In this document: piece by piece, positions 1 to 10,800 of the stretch
Position numbering within the stretch: the stretch's first letter is position 1
Layout of the letters: every line of letters starts with the position of its first letter
DNA from: Patescibacteria group bacterium
GTDB lineage: Bacteria > Patescibacteriota > Minisyncoccia > Phycocordibacterales > UBA918
DNA: 64,000 bases
Assembly (NCBI GenBank): GCA_038065355.1
Contig: JBBTRC010000010.1
Location: 11,452 to 75,451 of the forward strand
Reading direction: 5' to 3'
Position numbers and translations under genes: made by a program
Notes under the pieces: model-generated
Databases searched by the model: none
Told to the model about the DNA's origin: nothing
What the model saw: only the letters and a program-made list of their open reading frames with translations

Positions 1-110
1 CGCAAGCGTTTCTTAAGATGAAGAAATTTGATATTGAAATGTTGGAGAAGGCGTACCGAGGAGATTAAATCAACTCGTAAGTCTGGGGGAGGTCAAAAAA
101 AATCAACGGT

Positions 111-935
111 TCACCCCTTAATTTTTTTTGCACCTCTCTCGGCCAACTTGTGCACCGATGCGGCGATGAAAAATATCACAATCAAGGTCAGAATAATGAC
201 ACTGCTCGGAGGAACGTCGACATAGAGCGATAATACGAGGCCGATGAAGGTGCTGACCTCGGCGATACCAACCGAGAGAAGCGTTAGGGCGCGGAATGAT
301 TTCGCATAATTTCTAGCCGCCAAGACCGGTATGACGAGAAGAGCGCCGACCAAGAGACCGCCGACCGTTTTGAGACCAACGAAGACTGTGAGAGCCAGCA
401 GAACAAAAAACAGTAACTGCATGTACTGGGGGCGGGAGGAGTACGGGATGCGATACGCTGGCGTCTGCACCGCACCAAGAAGCGGGTACCAAAAAGCCAG
501 CACAGCGCCAAGCGTGCCAGCAGTCAGCACGACCATGAGAATGAGTTCCCCACTCGTCACGGTCAGAATACTGCCGAACAAATAACTCTCAAACGAAATC
601 GCTTGATTCCGCGCGACGTGCACGAGGGCGAGGGCGAGGGCGAGCCCGCCGCTTAGAAAGAGCATAGCGAGTGCATCGGAGGCGTACTTCTCCCTCGTTA
701 TCATCCACCACAAAAGCAGGGCGCTCAAAATGAGTACGATGAACGCGCCGGTAAGCGGCAAAAAATCAAAGACCGCCGCCAAGCCGACCCCGGCAAGCGC
801 GACGTGCGCCAGCATTTCCGATGCGATAGACTGTCGGCTCGAGACCACCATCGGCCCAAGGATTCCGGAAAGAAGCGCAGTGGAGGCACCGGCGAGAAAT
901 GCATATTGTATGAAAGTGTAGGTAAAAATTTCCAT
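111..935 (-). CDS. znuB: ABC-3 family metal (Zn/Mn) transporter permease
   Basis: 274-aa polytopic membrane protein with ZnuB/TroC-like hydrophobic profile; last gene of a zur-znuA-znuC-znuB cluster. Confidence 0.75.
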   Translation of the reverse strand: MEIFTYTFIQYAFLAGASTALLSGILGPMVVSSRQSIASEMLAHVALAGVGLAAVFDFLPLTGAFIVLILSALLLWWMITREKYASDALAMLFLSGGLALALALVHVARNQAISFESYLFGSILTVTSGELILMVVLTAGTLGAVLAFWYPLLGAVQTPAYRIPYSSRPQYMQLLFFVLLALTVFVGLKTVGGLLVGALLVIPVLAARNYAKSFRALTLLSVGIAEVSTFIGLVLSLYVDVPPSSVIILTLIVIFFIAASVHKLAERGAKKIKG

Positions 936-942
936 AACTGTG

Positions 943-1665
943 TTAAGTATGCTGACCGTGCTCTACCCCGTGGTGATGCGGCATGCCCCTAAGAGCAAAT
1001 TCCGCTGGATGGCACCCGTGATGAAGTGTCTCGTTGAGACAGAGCACTGAGTCGCAAATGGCGACGATGCTCTCTACGTCATGCGAAACCAGCAGCATAG
1101 TAATGTTATGTTCTTGGTTGAGATGTTTGAGCAGTGTATACAGAGAGTCACGGGCCGCAAAGTCTACAGACGAGAGTGGTTCATCTAGCACGAGAAACGT
1201 CGGGTCGCTCAAGAGCGCACGCGCAATGAGCGCGCGCTGTCGTTGCCCGCCCGAAAGTGAGTGGACGTTTTGTTGTAAATGTTCTTTGTCGAGGCCCACG
1301 TGGCGTAGCGTGTGGAGAATCTGCTCTTTGTGCGCGCTCTTCGCGGAGCCGTAGTAGGCGCTCGCGGCGGTACGCAAAAATTCATAGACCGACAGCGGTA
1401 GGGCGTAGACATCTGGTGCGGTATGCTGCGGCACGTAGGCGATCCTAGTTCCTTCTTTCACCACCACTGTCCCTCCATAGTTGGTATCAAAACCAAGCAC
1501 AATGTTCACCAACGTACTTTTGCCAGCGCCGTTTGGACCAATCACACCGACAATGGATCCTTCAGCTAAGTCAAAGGTTACATCGTGCAACACTCTGTGT
1601 TCGCCGTATTTTTTGAACAAGTTCTCGACGTGAAGAATCGTATTGTTGCTACTCAGTACAGCCAT
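943..1665 (-). CDS. znuC: metal ABC transporter ATP-binding protein
   Basis: Walker A GPNGAGKST, signature LSGGQRQR, Walker B LLVLDEP; overlaps znuA end (operon). Confidence 0.85.
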   Translation of the reverse strand: MAVLSSNNTILHVENLFKKYGEHRVLHDVTFDLAEGSIVGVIGPNGAGKSTLVNIVLGFDTNYGGTVVVKEGTRIAYVPQHTAPDVYALPLSVYEFLRTAASAYYGSAKSAHKEQILHTLRHVGLDKEHLQQNVHSLSGGQRQRALIARALLSDPTFLVLDEPLSSVDFAARDSLYTLLKHLNQEHNITMLLVSHDVESIVAICDSVLCLNETLHHGCHPAEFALRGMPHHHGVEHGQHT

Positions 1666-2617
1666 AGCCTTGTTTTAATATTTCTAAATTTGCGCGCATA
1701 CCATCCATATAATCACCGCCAGCCGTGCCGCCCGCTTCAAGCGTGCTGACAGACAAGAGAGAGACGCCCGTTTCCCGCGAGAGCGTTTCCGCATATTCTT
1801 TAACGCTGTTTTCTTCAGTGAGAATGGCGAGTACTCCTTCTTGTGCTTCTTCTTTCAGTTTCGCTAACAAAGCGGCAGACGGTTCATCTTGCGTCGAAAT
1901 GCCAGCGATGGGATGCATGGTGAGGTTGTAGCGGCGCGCGATGTAGCCAAATGCATCGTGAGAGACCAGTACTTCGTCGGCTGTACACGTGGTGAACGAA
2001 GTACGGTAGGCTACATCAAGCTGTACGAGCTCATCAGAAAGGATGCGGGCGTTCGCTAAATATGTGTCTTCGTGTGCCGGGTCAATACTGGCAAGTTCTT
2101 CAGCAATACGAGTCACGGTTTCGGCCGCCAAGACTGGGTCGAGCCAAGTGTGCGGATCAAATTCGCCGTCGACATGCCCGTCTTCCACACCAGGTTCTTG
2201 ATCAGCTCCCTCGCCTTCGTGTGCAAGGTCGAGTTCATCTTCTTCAATTCTATGCAAACTGATGTGCTCAGCCACTACAAAAACCGGGACTCCGGCGTCG
2301 CCTAGTTGGTGCTCCGCATCTTCACCCCATGACTCAAGTCCAGCGCCTTGTAGAAGCACCAGGTCTGCTCCTTGTAAAGTCACGATATCGGCGGCCGACG
2401 GCGTGAAATCGTGAGGGTCGCTGTTCTGGCCGAGGTTTACCACTTCAGCATGTTCTCCCGCAATCTGTGACGCAAAATAATAAAGTGGGTAGAAAGACGT
2501 CGCGACAACGAGTCGATCAGTCTGTACGGTCTCTTCTTTAGCACTGCGACCAGCTGCAAAAACTACACCAACAACGACGACAAGAATTACAACAAGACTG
2601 ACAATATTTTTTTTCAT
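1649..2617 (-). CDS. znuA: periplasmic metal-binding protein (ZnuA/TroA family)
   Basis: N-terminal signal/TM, cluster-9 SBP fold, His/Asp/Glu-rich flexible loop (HEGEGADQEPGVEDGHVDGEFDPH) typical of ZnuA. Confidence 0.8.
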   Translation of the reverse strand: MKKNIVSLVVILVVVVGVVFAAGRSAKEETVQTDRLVVATSFYPLYYFASQIAGEHAEVVNLGQNSDPHDFTPSAADIVTLQGADLVLLQGAGLESWGEDAEHQLGDAGVPVFVVAEHISLHRIEEDELDLAHEGEGADQEPGVEDGHVDGEFDPHTWLDPVLAAETVTRIAEELASIDPAHEDTYLANARILSDELVQLDVAYRTSFTTCTADEVLVSHDAFGYIARRYNLTMHPIAGISTQDEPSAALLAKLKEEAQEGVLAILTEENSVKEYAETLSRETGVSLLSVSTLEAGGTAGGDYMDGMRANLEILKQGYGCTE

Positions 2618-2642
2618 AACAAGTTTTGAGGTTTATAGAAAA

Positions 2643-2999
2643 TCATTCCCTACAATCCCGACAGAGACCATGCACGATAATGCCTCCCTTCAGCATCTGT
2701 ATATCTTGCGGCAACGAAACACGAAGGACTGCCTCAGGCACATGAATCTCCGCCACCGTACTGCATTCGTCGCACACAAAGTGATCGTGTAGTTCGTTCG
2801 CCAGTTCGTATGATACAAGGCCCGGTTCTGCATACACCTTGCGCAGTACGCCGTCCGCGGCAAAGCGCTCCAGGTTGCGATAGACCGTTGAGGCGTCGAG
2901 TGTCGGTAGTAACGTAGAGACCTCTTGGGCGGTCAACAGGTGTCGGTTTTCAAAGAGGTCCAAAATCAACTTCTTATTTTTGGTATTTCTTCGCTGCAT
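2643..2999 (-). CDS. zur: Fur-family metalloregulator (Zur-like)
   Basis: 118 aa; paired CxxC motifs (HFVCDEC..., HGLCRDC) typical of the Fur/Zur structural Zn site; immediately upstream of znuACB. Confidence 0.75.
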   Translation of the reverse strand: MQRRNTKNKKLILDLFENRHLLTAQEVSTLLPTLDASTVYRNLERFAADGVLRKVYAEPGLVSYELANELHDHFVCDECSTVAEIHVPEAVLRVSLPQDIQMLKGGIIVHGLCRDCRE

Positions 3000-3026
3000 A
3001 TGGGAAGCGTAACATGCGATTTTTAT

Positions 3027-3047
3027 TAATGCAAACGAATTGCATTA
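3027..3047. promoter_or_regulatory. candidate Zur/Fur-type operator palindrome TAATGCAA-N5-TTGCATTA overlapping zur promoter
   Basis: perfect 8-bp inverted repeat about 25 nt upstream of zur start, overlapping an AT-rich -10-like TAATAAAAAT. Confidence 0.4.
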
Positions 3048-3064
3048 CATGGAGGAGGTGCTTT

Positions 3065-3108
3065 GACAAAAGGCGGGCGGGCACGAAAGTGCCCGCCCGC
3101 CTTTTGTC
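3065..3108. terminator. bidirectional intrinsic terminator (atpC end / zur region)
   Basis: 20-bp GC-rich perfect stem GACAAAAGGCGGGCGGGCAC-GAAA-GTGCCCGCCCGCCTTTTGTC with GAAA tetraloop. Confidence 0.6.
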
Positions 3109-3128
3109 ATCTCAACCCACAACAGCTT

Positions 3129-3377
3129 TTAAATAAGTATATGTGCGTGGTTGTGACTTACTTCCAACGTGCCACTGGTGAGCGGGAATGATTCGCTCGT
3201 GCCATCGGCTTTTTTAATGCGTACCAAGCCAGCGCGTAGCGGAGAAATGAGCGCTTCGTGGTCAGCGAGAATTTCCATATCGCCAGCCGCACCCGGCACA
3301 GCCACCGAGACAACCTCCCCGTCAAAAACAGGGCCGTCCACACGGGTTATGGTTAGTTGCAATAATTTTTGTGACAT
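3129..3377 (-). CDS. atpC: F1 ATP synthase epsilon subunit (short form, beta-sandwich only)
   Basis: 82 aa; matches N-terminal beta-sandwich domain of AtpC, lacks C-terminal helical hairpin; last gene of atp operon. Confidence 0.8.
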   Translation of the reverse strand: MSQKLLQLTITRVDGPVFDGEVVSVAVPGAAGDMEILADHEALISPLRAGLVRIKKADGTSESFPLTSGTLEVSHNHAHILI

Positions 3378-3421
3378 AAGTTAGTTTTGCTGGTCTCTCT
3401 TGCAATAGGGTAACAATTCAT

Positions 3422-3522
3422 GAGATGGCCGAGATGCGAGGCGTGACAAGCTTTTGATTTGAGGTGTACTTGTGTACAGTGAGAAACAAAAGCGCAGTCA
3501 CAACAAAGCAGATTGGCTATAT

Positions 3523-3523
<1 letters not shown>
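3422..3523 (-). promoter_or_regulatory. conserved structured intergenic element, copy X (atpD-atpC spacer)
   Basis: about 100-nt element paralogous to 8371-8472; conserved flanks and loop CUCACUGUACAyrAAGUAC; stem arms differ but stay complementary (GTGAC..CTTTTG / CAAAAG..GTCAC). Confidence 0.45.
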
Positions 3524-4905
<1,382 letters not shown>

Positions 4906-4967
4906 TTATAAAAATCTTGAATTTAATAATCTCTTCGACAAAGCCTATGGGGTCGTATCGTAAATTT

Positions 4968-5870
4968 CTATTTCATTGATTCGACACCGGCGGTGATTTC
5001 TGATACTTCGGCAGTAATCGCCGCTTGGCGTTTGTTGTTAAACTTAATTGTGAGTGCTTTCACCATCTCCTTTGACTTATCGGTGGCGTTCTTCATCGCC
5101 ACCATGCGCGCCGAGTGTTCGGATGCCTTGCTCTCAAGGAGCGCGTGGTAGAACATGATTTCTATGAGCTGCGGCACAAGCGTGTTGAGCACTTCTTCTG
5201 GCGAGGGCTCCACTGTGTAGGGCACAAAAGTATCGGGTGCCAGCCGATCTTGACTGAACTTTCCGGTCTTTGGCTTAATTCCTCGCATCACGTCGGCAAT
5301 TTCGCTTGCCGAGACCGGCAACACTTGACGTACGACTGGCACCTGCTCAAAGGTAGATATGAAATTTTGATACAGCACGACTACCTTTTTGTAGCGGCCG
5401 GTCATAAACGCACGGATGGTTTTTTCTGTCAGGTCATAGACATCGCTAAGCGTCACGCCGTCCTTTACGTTGGTGTAGGTGCCAAGTACGGTTTTCTTTG
5501 ATCGCTCGGCAAACTCAACCGCTTTGCGGCCAACGGCTATTACTTCGACCTCCTCAGATTGTGCAAATAGTATCTCTGCCTGCTTGAGTACGGCGCTATT
5601 CACGCTTCCCGCCAGGCCTTTGTCACTCGTGACAACGACCGCCAGCACCGCACCCTCTGTACGCGGGGTGATAAGCGGGTGTGACGTAGTTTTACCATTG
5701 TGAGAAAGCCGAGCCAAAATCCGCAGAGCAGTGTGCACGTACGAGCGACTGGCAAAGGCGCGCTCTTGGCTTTTGCGCATCTTGACCGCCGACACCGACT
5801 CCATCGCCTTGGTGACTTGGCCGGTTTTCTTAGTCGCAATTATTTTATTTTTGATTTGCTTGAGCGCCAC
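4968..5870 (-). CDS. atpG: F1 ATP synthase gamma subunit
   Basis: 300 aa; AtpG-like N/C helices; position between atpA and atpD. Confidence 0.9.
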   Translation of the reverse strand: MALKQIKNKIIATKKTGQVTKAMESVSAVKMRKSQERAFASRSYVHTALRILARLSHNGKTTSHPLITPRTEGAVLAVVVTSDKGLAGSVNSAVLKQAEILFAQSEEVEVIAVGRKAVEFAERSKKTVLGTYTNVKDGVTLSDVYDLTEKTIRAFMTGRYKKVVVLYQNFISTFEQVPVVRQVLPVSASEIADVMRGIKPKTGKFSQDRLAPDTFVPYTVEPSPEEVLNTLVPQLIEIMFYHALLESKASEHSARMVAMKNATDKSKEMVKALTIKFNNKRQAAITAEVSEITAGVESMK

Positions 5871-5876
5871 GGTGAA

Positions 5877-7430
5877 TTACTTAGCGAGGGTTGCCTTAAA
5901 ATCCTCGATGGCTTTATTGAGCTTTTCTACCACTTCGTCCGTGAGTTCATGTCCGGTTTCGATGGTGTCAAATATATCTTGATGGTCACGCTCGATGAAT
6001 GAGAGAAGTGACTCTTCAGTCTTGCGCACATCAGCGACTGGTACAAGATTAAATAAGCCGGCATTTGCTGCATAGAGAGACACTACCTGTTTGTAGAATG
6101 GCATCGGATTGTTTTGCGACTGTTTGAGGAGCTCCACGTAGCGACGGCCTGATTCTATACGAGCCTTGGTGTCCTCGTCGAGATCGGAGGCAAACTGCAT
6201 GAAAGCTTCTAGCTCGCGGAACTGCGCGAGCTCAAGCCGAATCTTCCCTGCCACTTTCTTCATAGCTTTGGTTTGCGCCGAAGAGCCGACCCGTGATACC
6301 GAGATACCCACGTTGAGCGCCGGACGGATGCCTTTGTTGAAGAGATCGGTTTCGAGGAATATTTGTCCGTCGGTAATCGAAATGACGTTGGTTGGAATGT
6401 AGGCCGATACGTCTCCTTCCTGCGTTTCAATGATTGGAAGGGCTGTGATGGAGCCACCGCCGAGTTCCTTCGAGAGTTTGGCAGAACGCTCAAGCAGTCG
6501 TGAGTGAAGGTAAAAAATATCTCCCGGGTAAGCCTCGCGGCCGGGTGGGCGGCGAAGGAGGAGCGACATCTGACGATAGGCGTTGGCGTGCTTTGAGAGA
6601 TCATCGAAGATTACGAGCACGTCTTTTCCTTGCTCCATAAAATATTCGCCAATGGCCGCGCCGGCAAAGGGTGCGAGGAAAAGAAGCGGCGAGGCTTCTG
6701 AAGCCGAAGTGGCGACAATGGTGGTGTATTCCATGGCTCCCGCATCTACGAGCTTCTGCATGATACTGGCGGTTTTTGATCGCTTTTGTCCGATGGCGAC
6801 GTAAATACAAAGTGGGCGTGTGGCTTTTGGTTCGTACTTCTGATTGATGATGGTGTCGATAGCTATAGTAGTTTTTCCTGTCTGACGGTCGCCGATGATA
6901 AGCTCGCGTTGACCACGACCGATTGGAATCATGGAGTCAATCGCTTTGATACCGGTGTGCACTGGAGTGTTCACCGAAGAGCGTTCCATGACACCGTACG
7001 CGACACGTTCAATCGGCATGTTTTTTTTGCCCACAATGGCGGCCTTTCCGTCGATTGCTTCGCCGAGCGGGTTGACCACCCGACCGACAATGTCTTCCGA
7101 TACCGGAATCGAGAGGAGTTTTTTGGTGCGGTACACCTTCATTCCTTCAGAAACCTGAGCCGCGTCACCTAAAATCACTACCTTGACCGAGTCTTCTTCA
7201 AGGTTGAGTACTAGTCCATAGAGTGCATCATTCGCAGATAGAAGTTGTTCCAATGATGCGCCGTCGTCGTTGGCAAACAGCACCATTTCCATCATCTCTG
7301 CTCCGCGCAGACCGTCGATGGCTGCCACTCCGTCGCCGACAGTCGCTACCACGCCGAATTCAGTCGTGGTGACGGCGTTGTCGAGTGACGAAATTTCTTT
7401 TTTTATTCGCTCAATGATTTCTGTGCTCAT
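5877..7430 (-). CDS. atpA: F1 ATP synthase alpha subunit
   Basis: 517 aa; GDRQTGKT P-loop, AtpA-like throughout. Confidence 0.95.
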   Translation of the reverse strand: MSTEIIERIKKEISSLDNAVTTTEFGVVATVGDGVAAIDGLRGAEMMEMVLFANDDGASLEQLLSANDALYGLVLNLEEDSVKVVILGDAAQVSEGMKVYRTKKLLSIPVSEDIVGRVVNPLGEAIDGKAAIVGKKNMPIERVAYGVMERSSVNTPVHTGIKAIDSMIPIGRGQRELIIGDRQTGKTTIAIDTIINQKYEPKATRPLCIYVAIGQKRSKTASIMQKLVDAGAMEYTTIVATSASEASPLLFLAPFAGAAIGEYFMEQGKDVLVIFDDLSKHANAYRQMSLLLRRPPGREAYPGDIFYLHSRLLERSAKLSKELGGGSITALPIIETQEGDVSAYIPTNVISITDGQIFLETDLFNKGIRPALNVGISVSRVGSSAQTKAMKKVAGKIRLELAQFRELEAFMQFASDLDEDTKARIESGRRYVELLKQSQNNPMPFYKQVVSLYAANAGLFNLVPVADVRKTEESLLSFIERDHQDIFDTIETGHELTDEVVEKLNKAIEDFKATLAK

Positions 7431-7454
7431 AATTTCTTATCGTTAATTTGAACC

Positions 7455-7844
7455 TCAACGGGTAATGGACTCGTATAATGATTTTAAAGCTTTCCTATAA
7501 CTATAGTCGTACTCCTCATGGTTGAAAGTGGCCACAAACCCGCCGATGAGTGTTTCATCCACCACGTTTTCAACTGGTGTGTCGGTGGACGCGCCAAGCG
7601 CAGTGAGAGCGGATTTAATTTTTTCGGCCAGCGCTTTTTGCGTGGCAGTCGAAGCTGTCGCAACGACTGCCTGCCGCACACCTTTCTTCGCTTCTAGTAC
7701 GCGCACGACTTCACGCAAAATCGGGACAAACAACTTACCATGATGTCTCCTCGCAAGTGTCGTACGGAGACCAGCGAGCGCCTTTTCGATTGGCAAACCC
7801 TCTTCTAGAAGCTGTAGCAATGCGTGTGTGTACTCCGATTTCAT
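7455..7844 (-). CDS. atpH: F1 ATP synthase delta (OSCP) subunit, short
   Basis: 129 aa helical protein in the canonical position between atpF and atpA; shorter than typical about 180-aa delta. Confidence 0.6.
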   Translation of the reverse strand: MKSEYTHALLQLLEEGLPIEKALAGLRTTLARRHHGKLFVPILREVVRVLEAKKGVRQAVVATASTATQKALAEKIKSALTALGASTDTPVENVVDETLIGGFVATFNHEEYDYSYRKALKSLYESITR

Positions 7845-7847
7845 AGA

Positions 7848-8348
7848 TTATGACGCTCGCTCCTTAAGCACTTTTTCGGCCGCCAATACCGCGAGTCTGG
7901 CGATTTCCGCCTCGCTCTCCTTTCGGGCCATCGCCTTCAACTCCTCGCTCTCGGCCACGGCATTTTTTGCTACCTGCTCGGCTTTCTTTCGCGCATCAAT
8001 CATGATCTCATCGGCTTTTACCGCCGCGTGTTCCTTGGCGCGTACCGCCACGGCCTCGGCTTCTTTGTTGGCCGCCGCAATGATTGACTGCTTTTCGGCG
8101 GCGGCGGCCTCTTTGGCCACTTTCGCCGCTTCAGCGTCTTCTATTCCTTTCGCGATCTTTTCTTCGCGCTCTTTGATCATCGCCAAGACCGGCTTATAAA
8201 GCAGGTACGACAATGCCACCATCAGCAATCCGAAGTTAAAAATTTGAATGACGATGAGACGAAGGTCGATACCAAATGCTTCGATAAGTTGTTCCATGGG
8301 GGAATAATTTTTAGAGGCAGGAGTTTGTAATGTGAGAGGAAGAATCAA
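7848..8348 (-). CDS. atpF: Fo ATP synthase subunit b
   Basis: 166 aa; one N-terminal TM then long Ala/Glu/Lys-rich helix; operon position. Confidence 0.7.
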   Translation of the reverse strand: MILPLTLQTPASKNYSPMEQLIEAFGIDLRLIVIQIFNFGLLMVALSYLLYKPVLAMIKEREEKIAKGIEDAEAAKVAKEAAAAEKQSIIAAANKEAEAVAVRAKEHAAVKADEIMIDARKKAEQVAKNAVAESEELKAMARKESEAEIARLAVLAAEKVLKERAS

Positions 8349-8370
8349 TCTCTACTTTAAAGAATATTTG

Positions 8371-8472
8371 AGATGCCACAGATGCGCGGCGGAGGCGTGA
8401 ACTTTTACGAGTGGTACTTCATGTACAGTGAGTAAAAGTTCACGCCATCCAACAAAGCAGATGCGGCATATT
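8371..8472 (-). promoter_or_regulatory. conserved structured intergenic element, copy Y (atpE-atpF spacer)
   Basis: paralogue of 3422-3523; 15-bp stem GGCGTGAACTTTTAC/GTAAAAGTTCACGCC around conserved loop; starts about 10 nt after atpE stop. Confidence 0.45.
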
Positions 8473-8482
8473 CAAATTTTCT

Positions 8483-8737
8483 TTAAGTAAACTTGATAAG
8501 AAACGCGATAACAAGCGCAAAAATAGCGAGCGCTTCGACGAAAGCAATACCCAAGATCATCATTGATTGGATCTTAGGTGCCGCTTCTGGGTTGCGCGCA
8601 ATGCCTTCGAGGGCGCGAGATACCAGAATACCGATACCGACACCCGGGCCGAGCACGCCCACACCAGCGGCAATCGCCATTGCGAGCGCCTTCATAGCCT
8701 CTGCATTTATTACCGCTGCCTCAACAATAGGATCCAT
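8483..8737 (-). CDS. atpE: Fo ATP synthase subunit c
   Basis: 84 aa two-TM hairpin proteolipid with conserved carboxylate helix (IAFVEALAIF). Confidence 0.85.
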   Translation of the reverse strand: MDPIVEAAVINAEAMKALAMAIAAGVGVLGPGVGIGILVSRALEGIARNPEAAPKIQSMMILGIAFVEALAIFALVIAFLIKFT

Positions 8738-8873
8738 ATAGTTTTGTATTTAGACTACTCTTTAATAATAACGTCTGGTGGCCCAGCAATTTTGGGCAGG
8801 CTGGGTTCCTTTCTTCATTTGTAATGGACAAAGCGAGTCAACAGTACCGCGGACTCGGTTTTGGCCACTAACA

Positions 8874-9704
8874 TTAATGCGGCTCTTCAATTGCCAATTT
8901 GATGAAAAACAGCGTCAAAATGGCAAACACCACAGCCTGGATCAGTCCCACAAATAGCTCGTACGCGTACACCGGTACAGGCAGGAAGTAAGGAACGAAG
9001 AACATCGCGACGAGCAAAAGCGTCTTGCCGGCAAAAATATTGCCGAAGAGACGAAATGAGAATGAAATGAGACGCGCCAACTCACTCACAAGCTCAATTA
9101 AGCCGAGCAAGAAAGCCATCGGCGAACGAAAATTAATGAATTTTCCGACGTACTTCCCTAGACCAATCGCCAGCACGCCAGCCAGTTCTATAGTCACAAA
9201 GGAAATGATGGCGAGGCCGATAGTGATATTGAGGTCGGTCGCTCCCGGGTAGAGAAACGGGATGAGGTGGTGGTGTTCGTCGTAGATGCCGAACGCACCA
9301 ACGCCTGGAATGAGTCCGACCCAGTTCATCGCGAGCACAAATATGAACATGGTCATGATGATTGGGAAGTAACGGTTGGCGTACTCCGCCGTGCCGAGCA
9401 CATCCTTCACATATTCATAGACTCCGCCCACTGTCACCTCGGTCACACTTTGTACTTTAGAGGGTACGAGTGACAGGCGACTGCGGAGCGTAAGCGCGAA
9501 CAAAACCAGAAGCACCATGACGAGCCACACGGTCATCATGGTGGCGGTAATCGGCATATCCCCCAGATACCCTACCACGGAGGGGTTGAGGTGAACGGAT
9601 AGTCCATTGGCGGCTGGTTCTGTCGCGGCGTACGCGGTTGCTACTTGAAACATGAAAAGGTGCACATCGTGCACGTGCATCCTAACAAAAAACCTTAAAT
9701 ACAC
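8874..9704 (-). CDS. atpB: Fo ATP synthase subunit a
   Basis: 5-6 TM protein with conserved R in penultimate helix (LISFSFRLFGNIFAG); true start may be an internal Met. Confidence 0.8.
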   Translation of the reverse strand: MYLRFFVRMHVHDVHLFMFQVATAYAATEPAANGLSVHLNPSVVGYLGDMPITATMMTVWLVMVLLVLFALTLRSRLSLVPSKVQSVTEVTVGGVYEYVKDVLGTAEYANRYFPIIMTMFIFVLAMNWVGLIPGVGAFGIYDEHHHLIPFLYPGATDLNITIGLAIISFVTIELAGVLAIGLGKYVGKFINFRSPMAFLLGLIELVSELARLISFSFRLFGNIFAGKTLLLVAMFFVPYFLPVPVYAYELFVGLIQAVVFAILTLFFIKLAIEEPH

Positions 9705-9775
9705 AAGGTGTCTCTATGTCCACACCGGCGGCAAATCTTCCTCACGTGTGAAGCTTAAAGGAAAAACTCGACCAC

Positions 9776-9799
9776 AAAAAACCGCCCAGTGTGGGCGGC
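9776..9799 (-). terminator. intrinsic terminator after rpsT
   Basis: CCGCCCA-GTGT-GGGCGG hairpin followed on minus strand by T6. Confidence 0.5.
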
Positions 9800-9804
9800 C
9801 ATTA

Positions 9805-10074
9805 CTACTTGGCGTCGATGGTTTTGAAACTCCGAGCGAGACGGGATTTTTTGCGGGCGGCAGTGTTGGCTTTTATCACTCCCCGCTTCATCGCTTTATC
9901 AACGGCTTGGTAGGCGTGCGGAAGTAGCTCCTTGGCTTTCTTGGCATCGCCAGAGGCGATGGCTTTCTGCACGTCTTTCACGACATCTTTCATGACAGCT
10001 TTTCGGCGCACGTTGAAGACTTGCTTGCGCTTTGACTGTCGTAGTGCTTTATGAGCTCCTTTCGTAATTGGCAT
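9805..10074 (-). CDS. rpsT: 30S ribosomal protein S20
   Basis: 89-aa basic protein; S20-like N-terminus MPITKGAHKALRQSKRK. Confidence 0.9.
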   Translation of the reverse strand: MPITKGAHKALRQSKRKQVFNVRRKAVMKDVVKDVQKAIASGDAKKAKELLPHAYQAVDKAMKRGVIKANTAARKKSRLARSFKTIDAK

Positions 10075-10165
10075 ATAACTTAAAAATGAGTGGGCATACT
10101 GTACCGTATGAGTCAGAAAAAGGCAAGTATTCGCACTTTCTATAACAACTTAGTACAATACGACC

Positions 10166-10744
10166 ATGATTCGCTCGCTCACTGGTGACGTCGCACACAT
10201 AGCCGACGGGTATGTGACGGTAGTGGTGCATGGAGTCGGTTACTTGGTTGGCACGCCGACCAAAACCGCCACTTTTTCAACTGGCGAAGCGGTGACATTC
10301 TATACTCACCTGGCCGTTCGAGAGAATGCGCTTGATTTGTATGGCTTCACCACTCCATCTGAACTCGACGTGTTTGAGCTACTTTTGCAAGTGCCTAAGA
10401 TCGGGCCGAAATCAGCTCTCCATATACTCACGGAAGCCAGCCCAACCTTGCTCTTGGAGGCGATCGGAAAAAAAGACGCTGCCTATTTGCACAAACTTTC
10501 CGGCATTGGCAAAAAGACCTGTGAAAATATCGTGCAGTTTTTGCAAGATAAGCTCAACACGCTTGGGTTTGATAACGCGACAATTGTCAGCCACTCGTTT
10601 TCTGATGCGGAGAACGACGCCATCGACGCACTGGTGTCGCTTGGCTACGACATGACGAGCGCACGGACTGCGATAAAAGAGCTCGCGCTCGCGGAAGCGA
10701 CTGCTCACGATCTCGTGAAGCAAGCGCTGAAGCAGATACACTGA
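10166..10744 (+). CDS. ruvA: Holliday junction DNA helicase RuvA
   Basis: 192 aa; RuvA domain I/II/III pattern (MIRSLTGDV..., HhH region, C-terminal domain); TACAAT -10 box 6 nt upstream of ATG suggests leaderless mRNA. Confidence 0.85.
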   Translation: MIRSLTGDVAHIADGYVTVVVHGVGYLVGTPTKTATFSTGEAVTFYTHLAVRENALDLYGFTTPSELDVFELLLQVPKIGPKSALHILTEASPTLLLEAIGKKDAAYLHKLSGIGKKTCENIVQFLQDKLNTLGFDNATIVSHSFSDAENDAIDALVSLGYDMTSARTAIKELALAEATAHDLVKQALKQIH

Positions 10745-10756
10745 CGTTCGATGCTA

Positions 10757-10795
10757 TAAAAACGGCCGCCCCCCGGAGTGGGGCGGCCGTTTTTA
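10757..10795. terminator. bidirectional terminator between ruvA and large surface-protein gene
   Basis: A5-ACGGCCGCCCC-CCGGAGT-GGGGCGGCCGT-T4 hairpin. Confidence 0.6.
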
Positions 10796-10800
10796 TGTGT

